A DNA stretch of 64,000 nucleotides from an uncultured Gemmatimonadales bacterium (GCA_963728915.1 CAVSLV010000001.1:1312001-1376000); one strand, 5' to 3'; counted from the stretch's first letter, positions 9,671-20,173 are shown. A program made the numbers and translations. The notes: a model not told the origin generated them from the sequence alone.

Positions 9671-9679
9671 CGGCGGTTA

Positions 9680-9895
9680 TCAACGAACCGGGAGAATCCG
9701 TCCTCTCGGCGCTGGAACCACGCGGCCCTGCTCACGGGCCGTGGCGATCCAAAGCGTGATGGCTTCCTGGGCGCTTTCGACTGCCTCAGTTGGCGTGTTG
9801 CCATGTGCGAGGCAACCGGGAAGTTCGGGAACTTCCACGACGTATACGGCATCCTCGGGACTCCAGGACACGAGCATCTCATACCGATGGGTCAT
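9680..9895 (-). CDS. hicB: HicB family antitoxin (short, no C-terminal DNA-binding domain)
   Basis: YVVEVPELPGCLAHGNTPTEA motif. Confidence 0.88.
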   Translation of the reverse strand: MTHRYEMLVSWSPEDAVYVVEVPELPGCLAHGNTPTEAVESAQEAITLWIATAREQGRVVPAPRGRILPVR

Positions 9896-10154
9896 TCGGT
9901 TTCTCCGATTTTCGAATACCGTATTTGAGGAGCAATTTCCTGACCTGACGAACCTGGTACACTTTGGCTGAAGCTCCGGCCCGCTGGAGGTTGATCAGCT
10001 CAACGACATCCGCCCTTGCAAAGATATGGTGGCTGCCTCTCTGTCGCTCGGCAAATCCAAGCGCCCGGAGCAGAGAGCAGAGTTCGGCGAAATCGACGTT
10101 GGCATCGGCTCCCCCCGCGAGGATCTCCTGGAGCAATCGCGCATGATTGGTCAT
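9879..10154 (-). CDS. hicA: HicA family toxin
   Basis: LGFAERQRGSHHIF, AKVYQVRQV; overlaps hicB. Confidence 0.85.
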   Translation of the reverse strand: MTNHARLLQEILAGGADANVDFAELCSLLRALGFAERQRGSHHIFARADVVELINLQRAGASAKVYQVRQVRKLLLKYGIRKSEKPNDPSV

Positions 10155-10262
10155 TCGAAGGAGAATGGCGAATCACGAGCCGCACTCGTCTACCAACATC
10201 CCGCGGTCCAAGGCTGAAAAACGCAGCGCACATCGGCTCGAAGCGTTGTCTCAACTTCACTC

Positions 10263-10490
10263 CTACCACCCCCGCAGTTCCTCCTCGATCATCGGCGCAT
10301 CCCAGTCGGGACCGTAATGGATCTTACCCTCGGAGCCACCAGGCTCCCGAGCCCCCCGCCTAACCGTTACCGGAACCAGCTTGACCTTGGCTCTCCCGGC
10401 CTTGGCGATGATGATCTCCTCCCCCGCTGCGGCGCGTTCGATCAGGTCGGACAAGTGGGTCTTTGCTTCGTACACGTTGTAGGTTGACAC
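10263..10490 (-). CDS. Phd/YefM family antitoxin
   Basis: NVYEAKTHLSDLIERAAAGEEIIIAKAG; GAGG upstream of the GTG at 10490. Confidence 0.88.
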   Translation of the reverse strand: MSTYNVYEAKTHLSDLIERAAAGEEIIIAKAGRAKVKLVPVTVRRGAREPGGSEGKIHYGPDWDAPMIEEELRGW

Positions 10491-10529
10491 CCTGCACCTC
10501 GGACGTTGGTACGCCCAGGCTCTCAACGG

Positions 10530-10564
10530 AAAACGAAACGGGCCCGGTCTTTCGACCGGGCCCG
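10530..10564 (-). terminator. Intrinsic terminator of the Ig-like lipoprotein gene
   Basis: CGGGCCCGGTC-GAAA-GACCGGGCCCG followed by TTTCGTTTT on the minus strand. Confidence 0.9.
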
Positions 10565-10602
10565 CCTCGCTTGTTGCGGCCGTAGGCTCGCGACTGCCGA
10601 GC

Positions 10603-13600
10603 TTACGGGTTGGTGATCGTGATGTTGCCGTTCACCGGGGTGACCAGTGCATCACCAGAGGTGTTGACGCCGACGGCGTACAGCGCCTGCGCACCAGCGC
10701 AGATGGTAGCTGCATCCGTGCCGGTAAGGATCTGACCCAGGACGCCACCCAGCGTGCTGCTCGGCGTCCAGGTGAACGAGTACCGATGCCGACGTCCAAA
10801 GGCTGCACCGTTGTCGGTGGTGACCGGCGTGGTCTGACTGCCGATCAGCCGCAGGAACCCGTTGTAGTTCGCATAGAAATCCACTCGGGTGAACGGCGGT
10901 GCGAACGTCGCGGTTGGACCGTTGACGTCGGCATTCAGCGTGACCGTCGTGGCGTTCGGTGAAGCAGCCGCCGAACAGTTCGAGTGATCATTGTTGGACA
11001 CGCTCGTTGCGCCGTTGCTGATCACGAAATCCCGGATCTGCTGAGCCGGGTCTGCTACGGCTACGTACGAGACCCCCGTGGTAACCTGAGCACCGGTAAT
11101 CGCGGTGTTGGCAACCCCGGAGAGGTTGGTGGCCTGGTCCTGGACGATACCCGCCAGGTTGGTCGGCTTGTACGCGCCGCTCACCGCCAGCGGGCCGCCA
11201 ACGGCGTTGGTCACGTCTTCGACCTGCCGCAGGAAGCTGCTGGTGGTGAAGCCAGCCGACACGTTCGAGTTGACCAGCGTCCACGATCCAGGAGCGATCG
11301 TCGATGCCGGGAAGGTATTGAGGATCGTCACCGGGAAGACGACCGGGTTGGCCAGAACCGCCCGCATACGTGAGGGCGTACTGATCGCGCCAGAGGTCGA
11401 AGTTATCCGATGCGTTCGCGTTGAAGGTGACGCTGTTGCCGGTCAACGGGATGTTGTAGATCGCCGTGGTCAGACCCGGCACATTGGCCGCCGGATCGTA
11501 GGCAATCACCCGAGTCACCTCGGCACCCTGGTTACCCGCGGCATCCTGCGGATACGACCGATAGAAGTAGTACCCGACCGTGGTGGAAGCAGCCACCACA
11601 GTGGTCGGCACCAGCGGGAACACCGGAGCCCCGTTCACGGAGACCGGATTGCAGACGCCACCGGCAAAGGCGCCGACGAAGCAGCTCGCGCCGCTCGGAG
11701 GCACCAGTGACTGGGACCGAATCTGCACGGTTCCATTCACCGCGTTGGCCGACTGCATACCCGAGTTACCGACGGTGCCGTTATCCACCACGGTCACCTG
11801 GAACTCGAGGCCAACGGTCCCACCATTGCGGCGGGAATTCGACGGCAGGCCGCCCGAGAACGATTCGGTCGGCGCCGCGACATCGACGGCGAACAGAATG
11901 TTGGAGAGGCCGAAGCCGACGACGTCGGAAACCGCTAACGGTGCCGCGTTACACGCCGTGCCGGCAAAGGGCAGAATCGTCTCGTTGCCGAGCGCGTCGG
12001 TCGCACTGGCCACCGCGCACATATCCTGGGGCCCCAGGGTCGGAGCCGGTGCCGTCGGCGCACCCGAACCAGCCGTCGCAATAGCCGCGTCGACCAGCGG
12101 GCCAGCGCCAACTCTCAACATCCGGTTATACCACGGAGCGGCATTCCCCGCACCGACACCCACACCCGCATCGGCCGCACCGTTCAGCAACCAGCCATTC
12201 GGATTCCCACCGGTGTAGAGGCCGGTGAGCTGGAGCGGATTGGTCGCCGATCCAGGATTGATCCAGCCGTTCTGCCTGATGTTCGGATTCCCGACGAACG
12301 TCGGCGTCATGGTACCGGACGCCCGGTTGTCCAGCCGCAGGCTGGTCAGCGCATTCACGTTCAGCGGCGCCGAGCCGGGGAGGAAGAGCTGGTCACCATT
12401 GTTGTCCACCGCGGTGAAATACACCGATTCACCGATGGCGTTGAACGCCGGGCAACCATTGAACTCGTAACGGGCCACAGTACCCAGGAAACCTGGGGGT
12501 GCACCCAGAGGGTTGGCCTGCGAGAAGGTCGCAGTCCAGTCGCTGCCCGCAGTCGGAGCCGCGAGGGGCAGGGCGCGGGGTCCGCCGCCTGAGGCATCGC
12601 AGCCGGCGTTGCCGAAGATCACCATGGTCCCCGCATTTTCGACCATGGTCTGACCGGCGTTGAAGACAACCGGCACTGCTGCGATATCCAGCCCGCCCCG
12701 GTCATACCGGAGACCGGCGATGCTATTCGCGTGGGCGGTGGTTCCGCTCGTGGCGAACGTCTTGACGTGCACGCCGTTCGCGTTGTTGAAGATCAGGGTC
12801 TGGGTCGGGGTCGCCACCGGAGTCAGGTTCTGAATCCGGGCCTGCGCGCTGATCTGCCGGGCGCCATTCTTGTACGTCGTGGCGCCGGTGCACGCGGTGC
12901 TCCCCACCTTGATACAATCGTACTCGGCGGTGTTGACGCTGAGGATGATGACCACCTTGGCCTCGGCATTCCCCGCATCCTTATCGGCCAGAGCCTTGGC
13001 GCGCGCGGTCTCCCACTGCAGCGCCGAGAAGTTCTGGCTGGCAGCCACCACGCCGTCGATCAACACGTCAACGCCGGCCACGGTGTTCGCGCCGGGATCC
13101 ATGTTGAGCGAGAACTCGATCTGGCCGACCACGTTGTTGATGTTGACCGGAATGAAGGTCGCGCCGGTCGTGATCGACTGGATGCTGATGGTGGTCGGAA
13201 CCGGGATGGAGATCGTGAGCGCGGAGAAGCCGCACACGGTCTCGAAACCGGCAACGGTGGAGCAAGCACTGATGTTCACGGTGCCGCCCGCCGCCGCCGA
13301 GGTCACCGTCACGAGACCGGTGGTGCTGACGCTCACGGTCGCGCCCAGGCCCGGAGTCGCCACCGACCAGGTAACGGTCTGGGAGGGGGCGTTCGCGCCG
13401 GCCACCGCCGCGGAGAGCTGGAGCGTGGTGCTCCCGGTCGCCGGCTTGGTGATGGTCGCCGCCGGCGGAGTCACGGTCACTCCAGTTACGGTGGATACGT
13501 TGGTGAGCACGGTGATCGTCGCCACGCCGCAGACCGCAGACACCACGGTCGAGCAGGCCTGCACCGCGACGTTACCGGCGCCCACGGTCGTGAGCAAACC

Positions 13601-13870
13601 GCTCGAGCTGATCGTTGCCACCGAGGCGGGAGCAGCGGACCAGGTCACGGTGGTTGCGACGCCCGCGTCCGCATTCACGGCAGCGGTCATCTGCTGGGTG
13701 GTCGGGTGCGAGAGCGTGACTCCGCTCGGCGCTACCGCGATGCTGTGGACCGTCGGCTCCGGTGGAGGCGGCGGGGGCGCCGGAGGCGTGACAGTGACAT
13801 CGTCACCGCACGCCGCCACGCCGACCGCTACCAAGCCGGCCAACAGCAGTGAACCAAAGGACTTGCGCAT
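10603..13870 (-). CDS. Large (~1088 aa) surface lipoprotein with Ig-like (Big_2-like) repeats, S-layer-like; frameshift at ~11356
   Basis: Lipobox VAA-C, Pro linker, two TVTWS Ig-like repeats, Thr/Val/Asn/Gly-rich. ORFs 10988-13870 and 10603-11367 join if one base at 11356-11357 is removed (YAGG-LANPVVFP). Confidence 0.8.
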
Positions 13871-14078
13871 TACTCCCCCCTCAGGAATGGTAGGTGATCT
13901 TGCTTAACCAGCGACTGCTCAAATTCTGCTTCCTCCACGCACGAAATTGCGGCACCCAGCGGTTGGGCACACCACAGGTGACCATCGAAGAAGCGGAAAT
14001 TTTTCGGCCGCCGTCCCGATGTTGCCTGAATTGTCCCCCGCAAATACTCGGGGGGCTGGGTTGAAATACAACGCGGCC

Positions 14079-14107
14079 AAGATAATGCTCGGGGGAAACA
14101 GGGTCAA
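14079..14107 (-). promoter_or_regulatory. Sigma70-type promoter for the Ig-like lipoprotein (~200-nt leader)
   Basis: TTGACC-N17-TATCTT. Confidence 0.65.
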
Positions 14108-14146
14108 GAGACTCCTGCCCCCGCCGCCCAGCCACATGAGAACTCG

Positions 14147-14161
14147 GCAATCAATGTGCCC
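14147..14161 (-). promoter_or_regulatory. Sigma54-like -24/-12 element
   Basis: GGGCAC-ATTGA-TTGC, exact GG-N10-GC spacing. Confidence 0.45.
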
Positions 14162-14212
14162 ACGACCCCACCAGAGATGCTAAGCCGCTAAATGACTACG
14201 ACTTACGATCTA

Positions 14213-14785
14213 TCAGGGCGGGCCAACAGCCTTCCGAACCTCCCCAACCAGATCCTGCTTTTCCCCTGACCCAGTGTATACCACCCTTCCGGCTCCATCG
14301 ATCAGGACTACATAGGACGTGGCCGGAACATCGTAGGCCCTGGCTCCCACGCCCTTGGCATCCCACAGCACCTGGAATGGTGGCGCATGCTCCTCAAGGT
14401 ACCGCGTCACCCTCGGCTTTGAATCGTTGACGGTCACGTTGACCCCGAATAGCGCCACCTTGTCCCCGAAGGTCTGGTGAACCTTCTGGAGCTCCGGGAG
14501 GAGCCCTTTGCAGAGCGGACACCAGGTCGCCCAGAACTCCAGAAGGACCGGCTTGTGTCCCAGCAGATTGGCGAGATCCACCGGGTGGCCTTCGAGGTCC
14601 TCGATGGAGACCGCCGGGGCGACCGAACCGATCCTGATCCCGGCCTCGAGCTGGGCGAGAAGAGGAGGCGGACAGGCGGACTGGCGGACGGGCGGAAAGA
14701 ACAGCGCCAGAAGGAACCAGCGGCGCAGGCCCGATCGCCTTTGCCTCTGTCCGCCTGTCCGCCTGCCCGCCGGTCCGCCTGTCAC
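14213..14785 (-). CDS. TlpA-family thiol-disulfide oxidoreductase
   Basis: FWATWCPLC CxxC motif, VPAT; GTG overlaps the ccdA stop. Confidence 0.88.
   Translation of the reverse strand: MTGGPAGRRTGGQRQRRSGLRRWFLLALFFPPVRQSACPPPLLAQLEAGIRIGSVAPAVSIEDLEGHPVDLANLLGHKPVLLEFWATWCPLCKGLLPELQKVHQTFGDKVALFGVNVTVNDSKPRVTRYLEEHAPPFQVLWDAKGVGARAYDVPATSYVVLIDGAGRVVYTGSGEKQDLVGEVRKAVGPP
14667..14784. repeat. 8-mer GGCGGACN tandem-repeat hairpin inside the tlpA 5' coding region
   Basis: ggcggacaggcggactggcggacgggcgga (14667-14696) and ctgtccgcctgtccgcctgcccgccggtccgcctgtc (14747-14783). Confidence 0.8.
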
Positions 14786-15480
14786 CAGACTTCCCCCGCG
14801 CGAATGAGGTAGTACTCCGCCATGGCGAGAATAACCACGCCCGCGCCTTTCTTCACCCAGCTCATCCATTTCCCCGGACGAGGAAGACTTGCCAGGGTCG
14901 CCGCGGACAGGCCCACCGCGACCAGCAGGGTGGTCATTCCCAGGGAAAACACGAACAGATACAGGAACCCGAGGCCGGCGCTATGGGTCTGCCCGACAAA
15001 GGTCAGGACCGCCGCAAATGCGGGAGCGCCACAGGGGGCAGCCACCAGGCCAGACGTTGCTCCCATGAGAAAGACCGAGCCCGCCGAGCCGCCCCCGAAC
15101 CGGCTGGCCCAGGCGATCACCCGTCCCGGCATCGTCACGGGAAAGACGTCGAGCATCGCGAGGCCGAACAGGAGCAGCAGATTCGCCATGGCGAGGTAGG
15201 CCCAGCGATTCGAGCTGATGGTGCCGAACAGGGAACCCGTGAGACCTGCGACCAGTCCCAGGCTGGAATAGACCAGCGCCAGACCGAGGACGTAGAGCAA
15301 GGTGAGGGTCAGAGTCCTCCGGCGCGTCCGGGCTTCCGCCCCAGAGCCACCGAGGATTCCGATGGTGATCGGAATCATCGGGTAGATGCACGGGGTAACA
15401 CTGGTGACCAGGCCGGCCAGGAAAAGAACCGGCAGGGCCCGAATCGGTGAGCCGAGCAGCTCACCTCCAGCCTGGATCAC
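14782..15480 (-). CDS. CcdA/DsbD transmembrane-domain protein
   Basis: [12 protein letters not shown] and AAPCGAP motifs; several TM helices; GTG overlaps the ispG stop. Confidence 0.88.
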   Translation of the reverse strand: MIQAGGELLGSPIRALPVLFLAGLVTSVTPCIYPMIPITIGILGGSGAEARTRRRTLTLTLLYVLGLALVYSSLGLVAGLTGSLFGTISSNRWAYLAMANLLLLFGLAMLDVFPVTMPGRVIAWASRFGGGSAGSVFLMGATSGLVAAPCGAPAFAAVLTFVGQTHSAGLGFLYLFVFSLGMTTLLVAVGLSAATLASLPRPGKWMSWVKKGAGVVILAMAEYYLIRAGEVW

Positions 15481-16682
15481 GCGGGGTACCGTCGAGCGAC
15501 GTAGTCGTCCAGGATGGCGAGGAACTGGGTCACGATGGCATCGCCCTTCAGGGTCGTGTGAAGACGGCCATCCACGTACACGGGGGCCTTGGGCTCTTCG
15601 GAGGTGCCCGGAAGGGAGATGCCGATGTCGGCGTGCTTGGATTCGCCAGGCCCGTTGACGACACAGCCCATGACCGCGACCCGCAGGCTCTCGACTCCCG
15701 GCCGGGAGGCCCGCCATTCCCGCATCCGGGTATCGAGATAGGTCTGGATATCCGTGGCCATTTGCTGGAAGAAGGTGCTGGTGGTCCGGCCGCAGCCCGG
15801 ACAGCTCGTCACCTGGGGGGCAAAGTGCCGGATGCCGAGCGCTTGAAGGATGTGCTGGGCGACCCGCACCTCGTCGGCCCGATCGCCGCCCGGCGCCGGG
15901 GTAAGGGAGACTCGAATGGTGTCCCCGATCCCTTCCAGCAGGAGGACCGCGAGGCCGGCGGTGCTGGCGACGGCTCCCTTGATCCCCATCCCGGCTTCGG
16001 TGAGTCCGAGGTGAAGGGGATAATCGCAGCGGGCGGCGAGACGGCGGTACACCTCGAGCAGGTCGGGCACCCCCGAGACTTTCGCGGAAAGGACGATGCG
16101 ATCGTGAGCGAGGCCGGTGGCCTCGGCCAACGCCGCGGAACGAAGCGCGCTCTCCACCATCGCCTCGATCATCACCTCGCGAGCGTCAACCGGCTCGGGA
16201 AGGGCGGCATTCCGGTCCATCAGCTCGGTGAGGAGATCCTGATCCAGCGAACCCCAGTTCACCCCGATCCGCACCGGCTTCTCGTGCCGCAAAGCCACCT
16301 CGACGATGGCCCGGAAATGCTCATCCCGCCGCTTGCTTCCGACGTTTCCGGGATTGATCCGGTACTTGGCGAGCGCTCGGGCGCACTCGGGAAACCGGGT
16401 GAGGAGGAGGTGCCCATTGTAGTGGAAGTCGCCGATAATGGGGATCGGAGTACCCGCCGCTTCCAGCCGGGCCACGATCTCCGGCACCGCCTGGGCGGCC
16501 GATTCGTTATTGACCGTAACACGCACCAGCTCACTGCCGGCGGCGGCCAGCTCCTGCACCTGGGTCACGGTGCCGGGCACGTCCGCCGTATCGGTGTTGG
16601 TCATGGACTGGATCACGACGGGATGCCGGGATCCGATCGGGATTCCGCCAATCAGGACGGTGGGAGTCGGACGGCGGCTCAT
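15477..16682 (-). CDS. ispG: (E)-4-hydroxy-3-methylbut-2-enyl-diphosphate synthase
   Basis: [41 protein letters not shown]. Confidence 0.96.
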   Translation of the reverse strand: MSRRPTPTVLIGGIPIGSRHPVVIQSMTNTDTADVPGTVTQVQELAAAGSELVRVTVNNESAAQAVPEIVARLEAAGTPIPIIGDFHYNGHLLLTRFPECARALAKYRINPGNVGSKRRDEHFRAIVEVALRHEKPVRIGVNWGSLDQDLLTELMDRNAALPEPVDAREVMIEAMVESALRSAALAEATGLAHDRIVLSAKVSGVPDLLEVYRRLAARCDYPLHLGLTEAGMGIKGAVASTAGLAVLLLEGIGDTIRVSLTPAPGGDRADEVRVAQHILQALGIRHFAPQVTSCPGCGRTTSTFFQQMATDIQTYLDTRMREWRASRPGVESLRVAVMGCVVNGPGESKHADIGISLPGTSEEPKAPVYVDGRLHTTLKGDAIVTQFLAILDDYVARRYPA

Positions 16683-16696
16683 GGCGTAAATGTAAA

Positions 16697-16758
16697 GAAG
16701 TCTGAAGGTCTGGAGGTCTGGAAGTCTGAAGACCTCCCGACTTCCAGACGTTCAGACT
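16697..16758. repeat. 8-mer GGTCTGGA tandem-repeat hairpin
   Basis: gaagtctg aaggtctg gaggtctg gaagtctg / gacctccc gacttcca gacgttca gact. Confidence 0.85.
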
Positions 16759-16792
16759 AGATTGGCCGCTCCATAGACCTCAGCGAGCCCCT

Positions 16793-17143
16793 GTGCGATC
16801 CACCCGACTTGTCGTCCTGGCCACCGTCCTTTTCCTTGTCGGGTGCGGCGACGCCCGGCTGCGGAAGCTTTCGGTCGGGATTTCCAAGGACAGCACCATG
16901 CAGATCATGGGGGGCCGGCCCGATCGGGCCGAGGCCTACCTGACCGGTGGACAGGTGATCGAGGGGCTGTTCTATGGCAAGGCGGGGGCGGATTCAGGAA
17001 AGACTCCCCAGGACAAACTCACGCCGGTCGTCCTGATCGACGGGAAAGTCACCGGGTGGGGCCGGGAGGCCTGGGAGAAAGTCGCCAGCGAGCACAACAT
17101 CCAGGAGACCAAACAGGAAACCAAGCCAACTCAGCCGAAATAG
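16793..17143 (+). CDS. Small lipoprotein (DUF3192/SmpA-OmlA-like)
   Basis: Lipobox LVG-C; TPVVLIDGKVTGWG. Confidence 0.7.
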   Translation: MRSTRLVVLATVLFLVGCGDARLRKLSVGISKDSTMQIMGGRPDRAEAYLTGGQVIEGLFYGKAGADSGKTPQDKLTPVVLIDGKVTGWGREAWEKVASEHNIQETKQETKPTQPK

Positions 17144-17148
17144 CCCGG

Positions 17149-17421
17149 CTATAGACTCCCTGGTGCAAGGCCGAGGGACTTGGTCAGGCGTTCCCATGCG
17201 ACTGGGTCCAGCGTTCCATCGCGGCGAAGCGGCTCCAGCGCCGCCATGATCTCCGCGCGGGTGCCGTCGATCCGGCGATCCCGCAGCTCACCGATCATCC
17301 GGGCAAAGCGGTACTCATACTCATCCGCATCGTACTGCCCGGTCTTCCTGCCTTCCGACAAGTTGCGGAGCTCGGTGACGACCCGTTCCGGCTTGATGGG
17401 TTTGAGCGTCTGGTCGGACAT
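17149..17421 (-). CDS. Small helical hypothetical protein
   Basis: 90-aa ORF with typical codon usage filling the gap; TACCTT -10 upstream. Confidence 0.65.
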   Translation of the reverse strand: MSDQTLKPIKPERVVTELRNLSEGRKTGQYDADEYEYRFARMIGELRDRRIDGTRAEIMAALEPLRRDGTLDPVAWERLTKSLGLAPGSL

Positions 17422-17479
17422 GAGTGGACCGCGGTTGGTTGAAACGGGAAGGTAGCTCAGGGAGCGGGCGGTGACCAGT

Positions 17480-17542
17480 AAGTCTGGAGGTCTGGAGGTC
17501 TGGAGGTCTGGAATTTCAGGCTTTCAGACCTTCAGACCTTCA
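17480..17542. repeat. 8-mer GGTCTGGA tandem-repeat hairpin beginning at the nrdJ stop codon
   Basis: aagtctg(gaggtctg)x3 gaa / tttcaggc tttcagac cttcagac cttca. Confidence 0.85.
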
Positions 17543-20065
17543 TCCGCACTCCGAATAGCCGCACACCGGACACTTCACACACCCTTCCAAAAACTCGAGC
17601 TGAGAGCTGCAGTCGGGGCAGGACCCAACCAGGGCTTCGGCCATTCCGCTCAGAATCATCTGCTCATTGCTTCGGACCACGGCTTGCGTCACCGCGACCG
17701 GCTCCGAGCTGGTGGGATCGTGGGAAGGCAACAACTCCTCCTGAATCCCCTGCTGCTCAGCCATGTAGCGCTCCAGGGAAATCCCCACGGCATCGGGGAC
17801 CGACATCACCTTGGCGGGTCCGAGGCCGAGCACCTTGTCGGAGCTGATCCCGCGAAGCTGGCGATGGATCTCCCGGAGGGGAATCCCGGAGCGGAGCGCA
17901 AGGGAAATGAGACGCCCCATGGCCTCGACATCGGCCATGATCGCGCCACCGGCCTTGCCGAGCGACATGAAGACCTCGAAGGGCTGGTTCTTGTCGTCCT
18001 CGGTGATGGTGACGTACAGGGTGCCGAGCGGGGTTTCGAGCCGGCGGGTGGTGCCGCGGAGCAGCTCGGGCCGGCTCCGCTTCTGGCGACGCTGGAGGGT
18101 TTCCGACTCGAGCTCGTGGACCAGCTTCCGAAGCCGCTCGTTCTCGCTCACCACCTCCGCCATGGACCCAGCCAGGTCGGCGGCGGCGGCACGACGCTCG
18201 CTCGTCGTACCGCTCGCCAGCACATCGACCAGATCGGCGCGAGCCTCGGCGTGCCCGCTCTGGATCGCCGCCTCATGCACCTTCTTGGCGGTCGCGCCGG
18301 TGGAGAGCACCTGCATGTCCCGACTCCCATCGCGGTAGACGGTGACGCCCTTGCAGTCCAGGGCGTAGGCGAGCCGGTAGATCTCGCCGACTTCGGCCTC
18401 GGTGGCGGAATGGGCGAAGTTCACCGTCTTGGAAATGGCGGAATCGTTGTGATCCTGAAAGGCCGCCTGCATCCGGACGTGCCATTCCGGCCTGATCTCG
18501 TTCGCGGTCACGAACACCTCTTGCCACCGTGCCGGCACCTCGGCGAACCGGGTGTGGCCGACTTCGGCGACCTTCTGCATCAGGGCCTCCGAGTACCAGC
18601 CTTCCGCCTTGGCGATGCGCACGAAGTCCTCGTTGACATCGGGCATCAGAACCCCGGCCTGGTTCCGCATGAACGCGACCGCAAAGAGCGGCTCGATGCC
18701 CGAGCTGCACCCGGAGATGATCGAGATGGTTCCGGTCGGCGCCACGGTCGTGACGTTGCAGTTCCGGAGCTTCTGCATGGGACGGATCCGGTTGCCCTGC
18801 GGATCACGGGCGCAGGTCGCGTCGGGGCCCCAGATGCTCCGTTCCCACTCGGGGAACGGCCCCCGGATTCCGGCGAGCCGCTCGGATTCGATCTTGGCTT
18901 CGTGATCGACGAAACGCTGGATCTTCTTGCCGAGCTCGACCCCTTCGGCGGAATCGTAGGGGATGCCGAGCCGCACCAGCACGTCGGCGAGCCCCATAAC
19001 GCCGAGCCCGATCCGGCGAATCCGCTGGGCCAGGCTGGCAATCTCGGGAAGGGGATAGTTGTTGGCGTCGATCACGTTCTCGAGGAAGTGGGTGCAGAGA
19101 TGGACCACCCGGCGGAGCGAGGCCCAGTCGAGATCACCCTCTTTCACGAACGCGCCGAGGTTGATCGAGCCGAGGTTGCAGACGTCGTACGGGAGCAGGG
19201 GCTGCTCTCCACAGGGATTGGTCGCCTCGTAGCCGCCCAGGTGGGGTACCGGATTCGCGGCGTTGGCGCGATCGATGAAGAAGACCCCGGGCTCGCCGGT
19301 CTTCCAGGCGCCGTGGATGATCTTCTCCCAGACCGTCCTCGCGTTCAGCCGGCCGACCACCTTCCTGGTGTTGGGATGAATGAGGTCGTACTCGGTGCCC
19401 TGCTCCACCGCCTGCATGAAGGCATCGGTGACCGCGACCGAGATGTTGAAGTTGGTGATCTTGGTCGTGTCGTCCTTGCAGGAGATGAAATCGAGGATGT
19501 CGGGATGATCGACCCGGAGAATGCCCATGTTGGCACCCCGGCGGGTCCCCCCCTGCTTCACGACGTCGGTGGACGCATCGAAAAGCGACATGAACGAGAC
19601 CGGTCCTGACGCCACTCCCATGGTGGAACGGACGATGTCGTTCCGGGGGCGGAGCTTGGAAAAGCTGAACCCGGTGCCCCCACCGGACTGGTGGACCAGG
19701 GCCATCGCGGTGAGGGTGTCGTAGATGCCGCTTTGACCGTTGGAAAGGGCGTCATCCACAGGCAGGACGAAACAGGCGGAGAGCTGCCCGAGCGGACGGC
19801 CGGCATTCATGAGGGTTGGGCTATTGGGCATGAACTGCCGCCTGGCCATCAACTCATAGAACGCCTCGGTGAGGGTCTCGACTGCGCCCTGGCTGGCGCC
19901 GTACTGCCGGTCCGGCTCCGCGATAGTGCGGGCGACCCGGAGGAAGAGTTCCTCCGGCGATTCGACCGGGCGGCCGGACTCGTCGCGGACGAGATAGCGC
20001 TTTTCCAGGACGGTGATCGCATTCGACGACAACTCGAGCGGAACCCGAGGCGCAGCAGTTCCCAT
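17540..20065 (-). CDS. nrdJ: Vitamin B12-dependent class II ribonucleotide reductase with C-terminal TSCPD and Zn-ribbon region
   Basis: PNSPTLMNAG, LSACFV, ATNPCGEQ, APTGTIS, KGVTVYRDGSR, CPDC..CPVCGYSEC; AGGAG upstream of the ATG at 20065. Confidence 0.95.
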   Translation of the reverse strand: MGTAAPRVPLELSSNAITVLEKRYLVRDESGRPVESPEELFLRVARTIAEPDRQYGASQGAVETLTEAFYELMARRQFMPNSPTLMNAGRPLGQLSACFVLPVDDALSNGQSGIYDTLTAMALVHQSGGGTGFSFSKLRPRNDIVRSTMGVASGPVSFMSLFDASTDVVKQGGTRRGANMGILRVDHPDILDFISCKDDTTKITNFNISVAVTDAFMQAVEQGTEYDLIHPNTRKVVGRLNARTVWEKIIHGAWKTGEPGVFFIDRANAANPVPHLGGYEATNPCGEQPLLPYDVCNLGSINLGAFVKEGDLDWASLRRVVHLCTHFLENVIDANNYPLPEIASLAQRIRRIGLGVMGLADVLVRLGIPYDSAEGVELGKKIQRFVDHEAKIESERLAGIRGPFPEWERSIWGPDATCARDPQGNRIRPMQKLRNCNVTTVAPTGTISIISGCSSGIEPLFAVAFMRNQAGVLMPDVNEDFVRIAKAEGWYSEALMQKVAEVGHTRFAEVPARWQEVFVTANEIRPEWHVRMQAAFQDHNDSAISKTVNFAHSATEAEVGEIYRLAYALDCKGVTVYRDGSRDMQVLSTGATAKKVHEAAIQSGHAEARADLVDVLASGTTSERRAAAADLAGSMAEVVSENERLRKLVHELESETLQRRQKRSRPELLRGTTRRLETPLGTLYVTITEDDKNQPFEVFMSLGKAGGAIMADVEAMGRLISLALRSGIPLREIHRQLRGISSDKVLGLGPAKVMSVPDAVGISLERYMAEQQGIQEELLPSHDPTSSEPVAVTQAVVRSNEQMILSGMAEALVGSCPDCSSQLEFLEGCVKCPVCGYSECG

Positions 20066-20173
20066 GAAAGCTCCTGACCTTTTCGTTTTTCTGACCGAAA
20101 GGTAACAAACCGCGGGGTTCATACATCCACGGCATGCGCGGTCTCGCTTCCGCGAAAGCCGTTGGGGAAGCTC

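Noticed and set aside
10000..10269. 89-aa ORF between phd and hicA as a gene
   Set aside because: It overlaps hicA out of frame and has no recognisable motif beyond the first three codons after the GTG.
9680..10530. Mobile element or prophage around the TA genes
   Set aside because: No integrase, transposase, terminal repeats or tRNA target were seen.
18080..18300. Intein in nrdJ
   Set aside because: The extra segment is a short helical/coiled-coil linker without splicing motifs (C/S start, HN-C/S/T end).
17471..19609. Long antisense ORFs (e.g. 712 aa opposite nrdJ, 722 aa at 51849-54017, 513 aa at 34317-35858)
   Set aside because: They are shadows of well-supported genes in high-GC DNA, with no motifs or translation signals.
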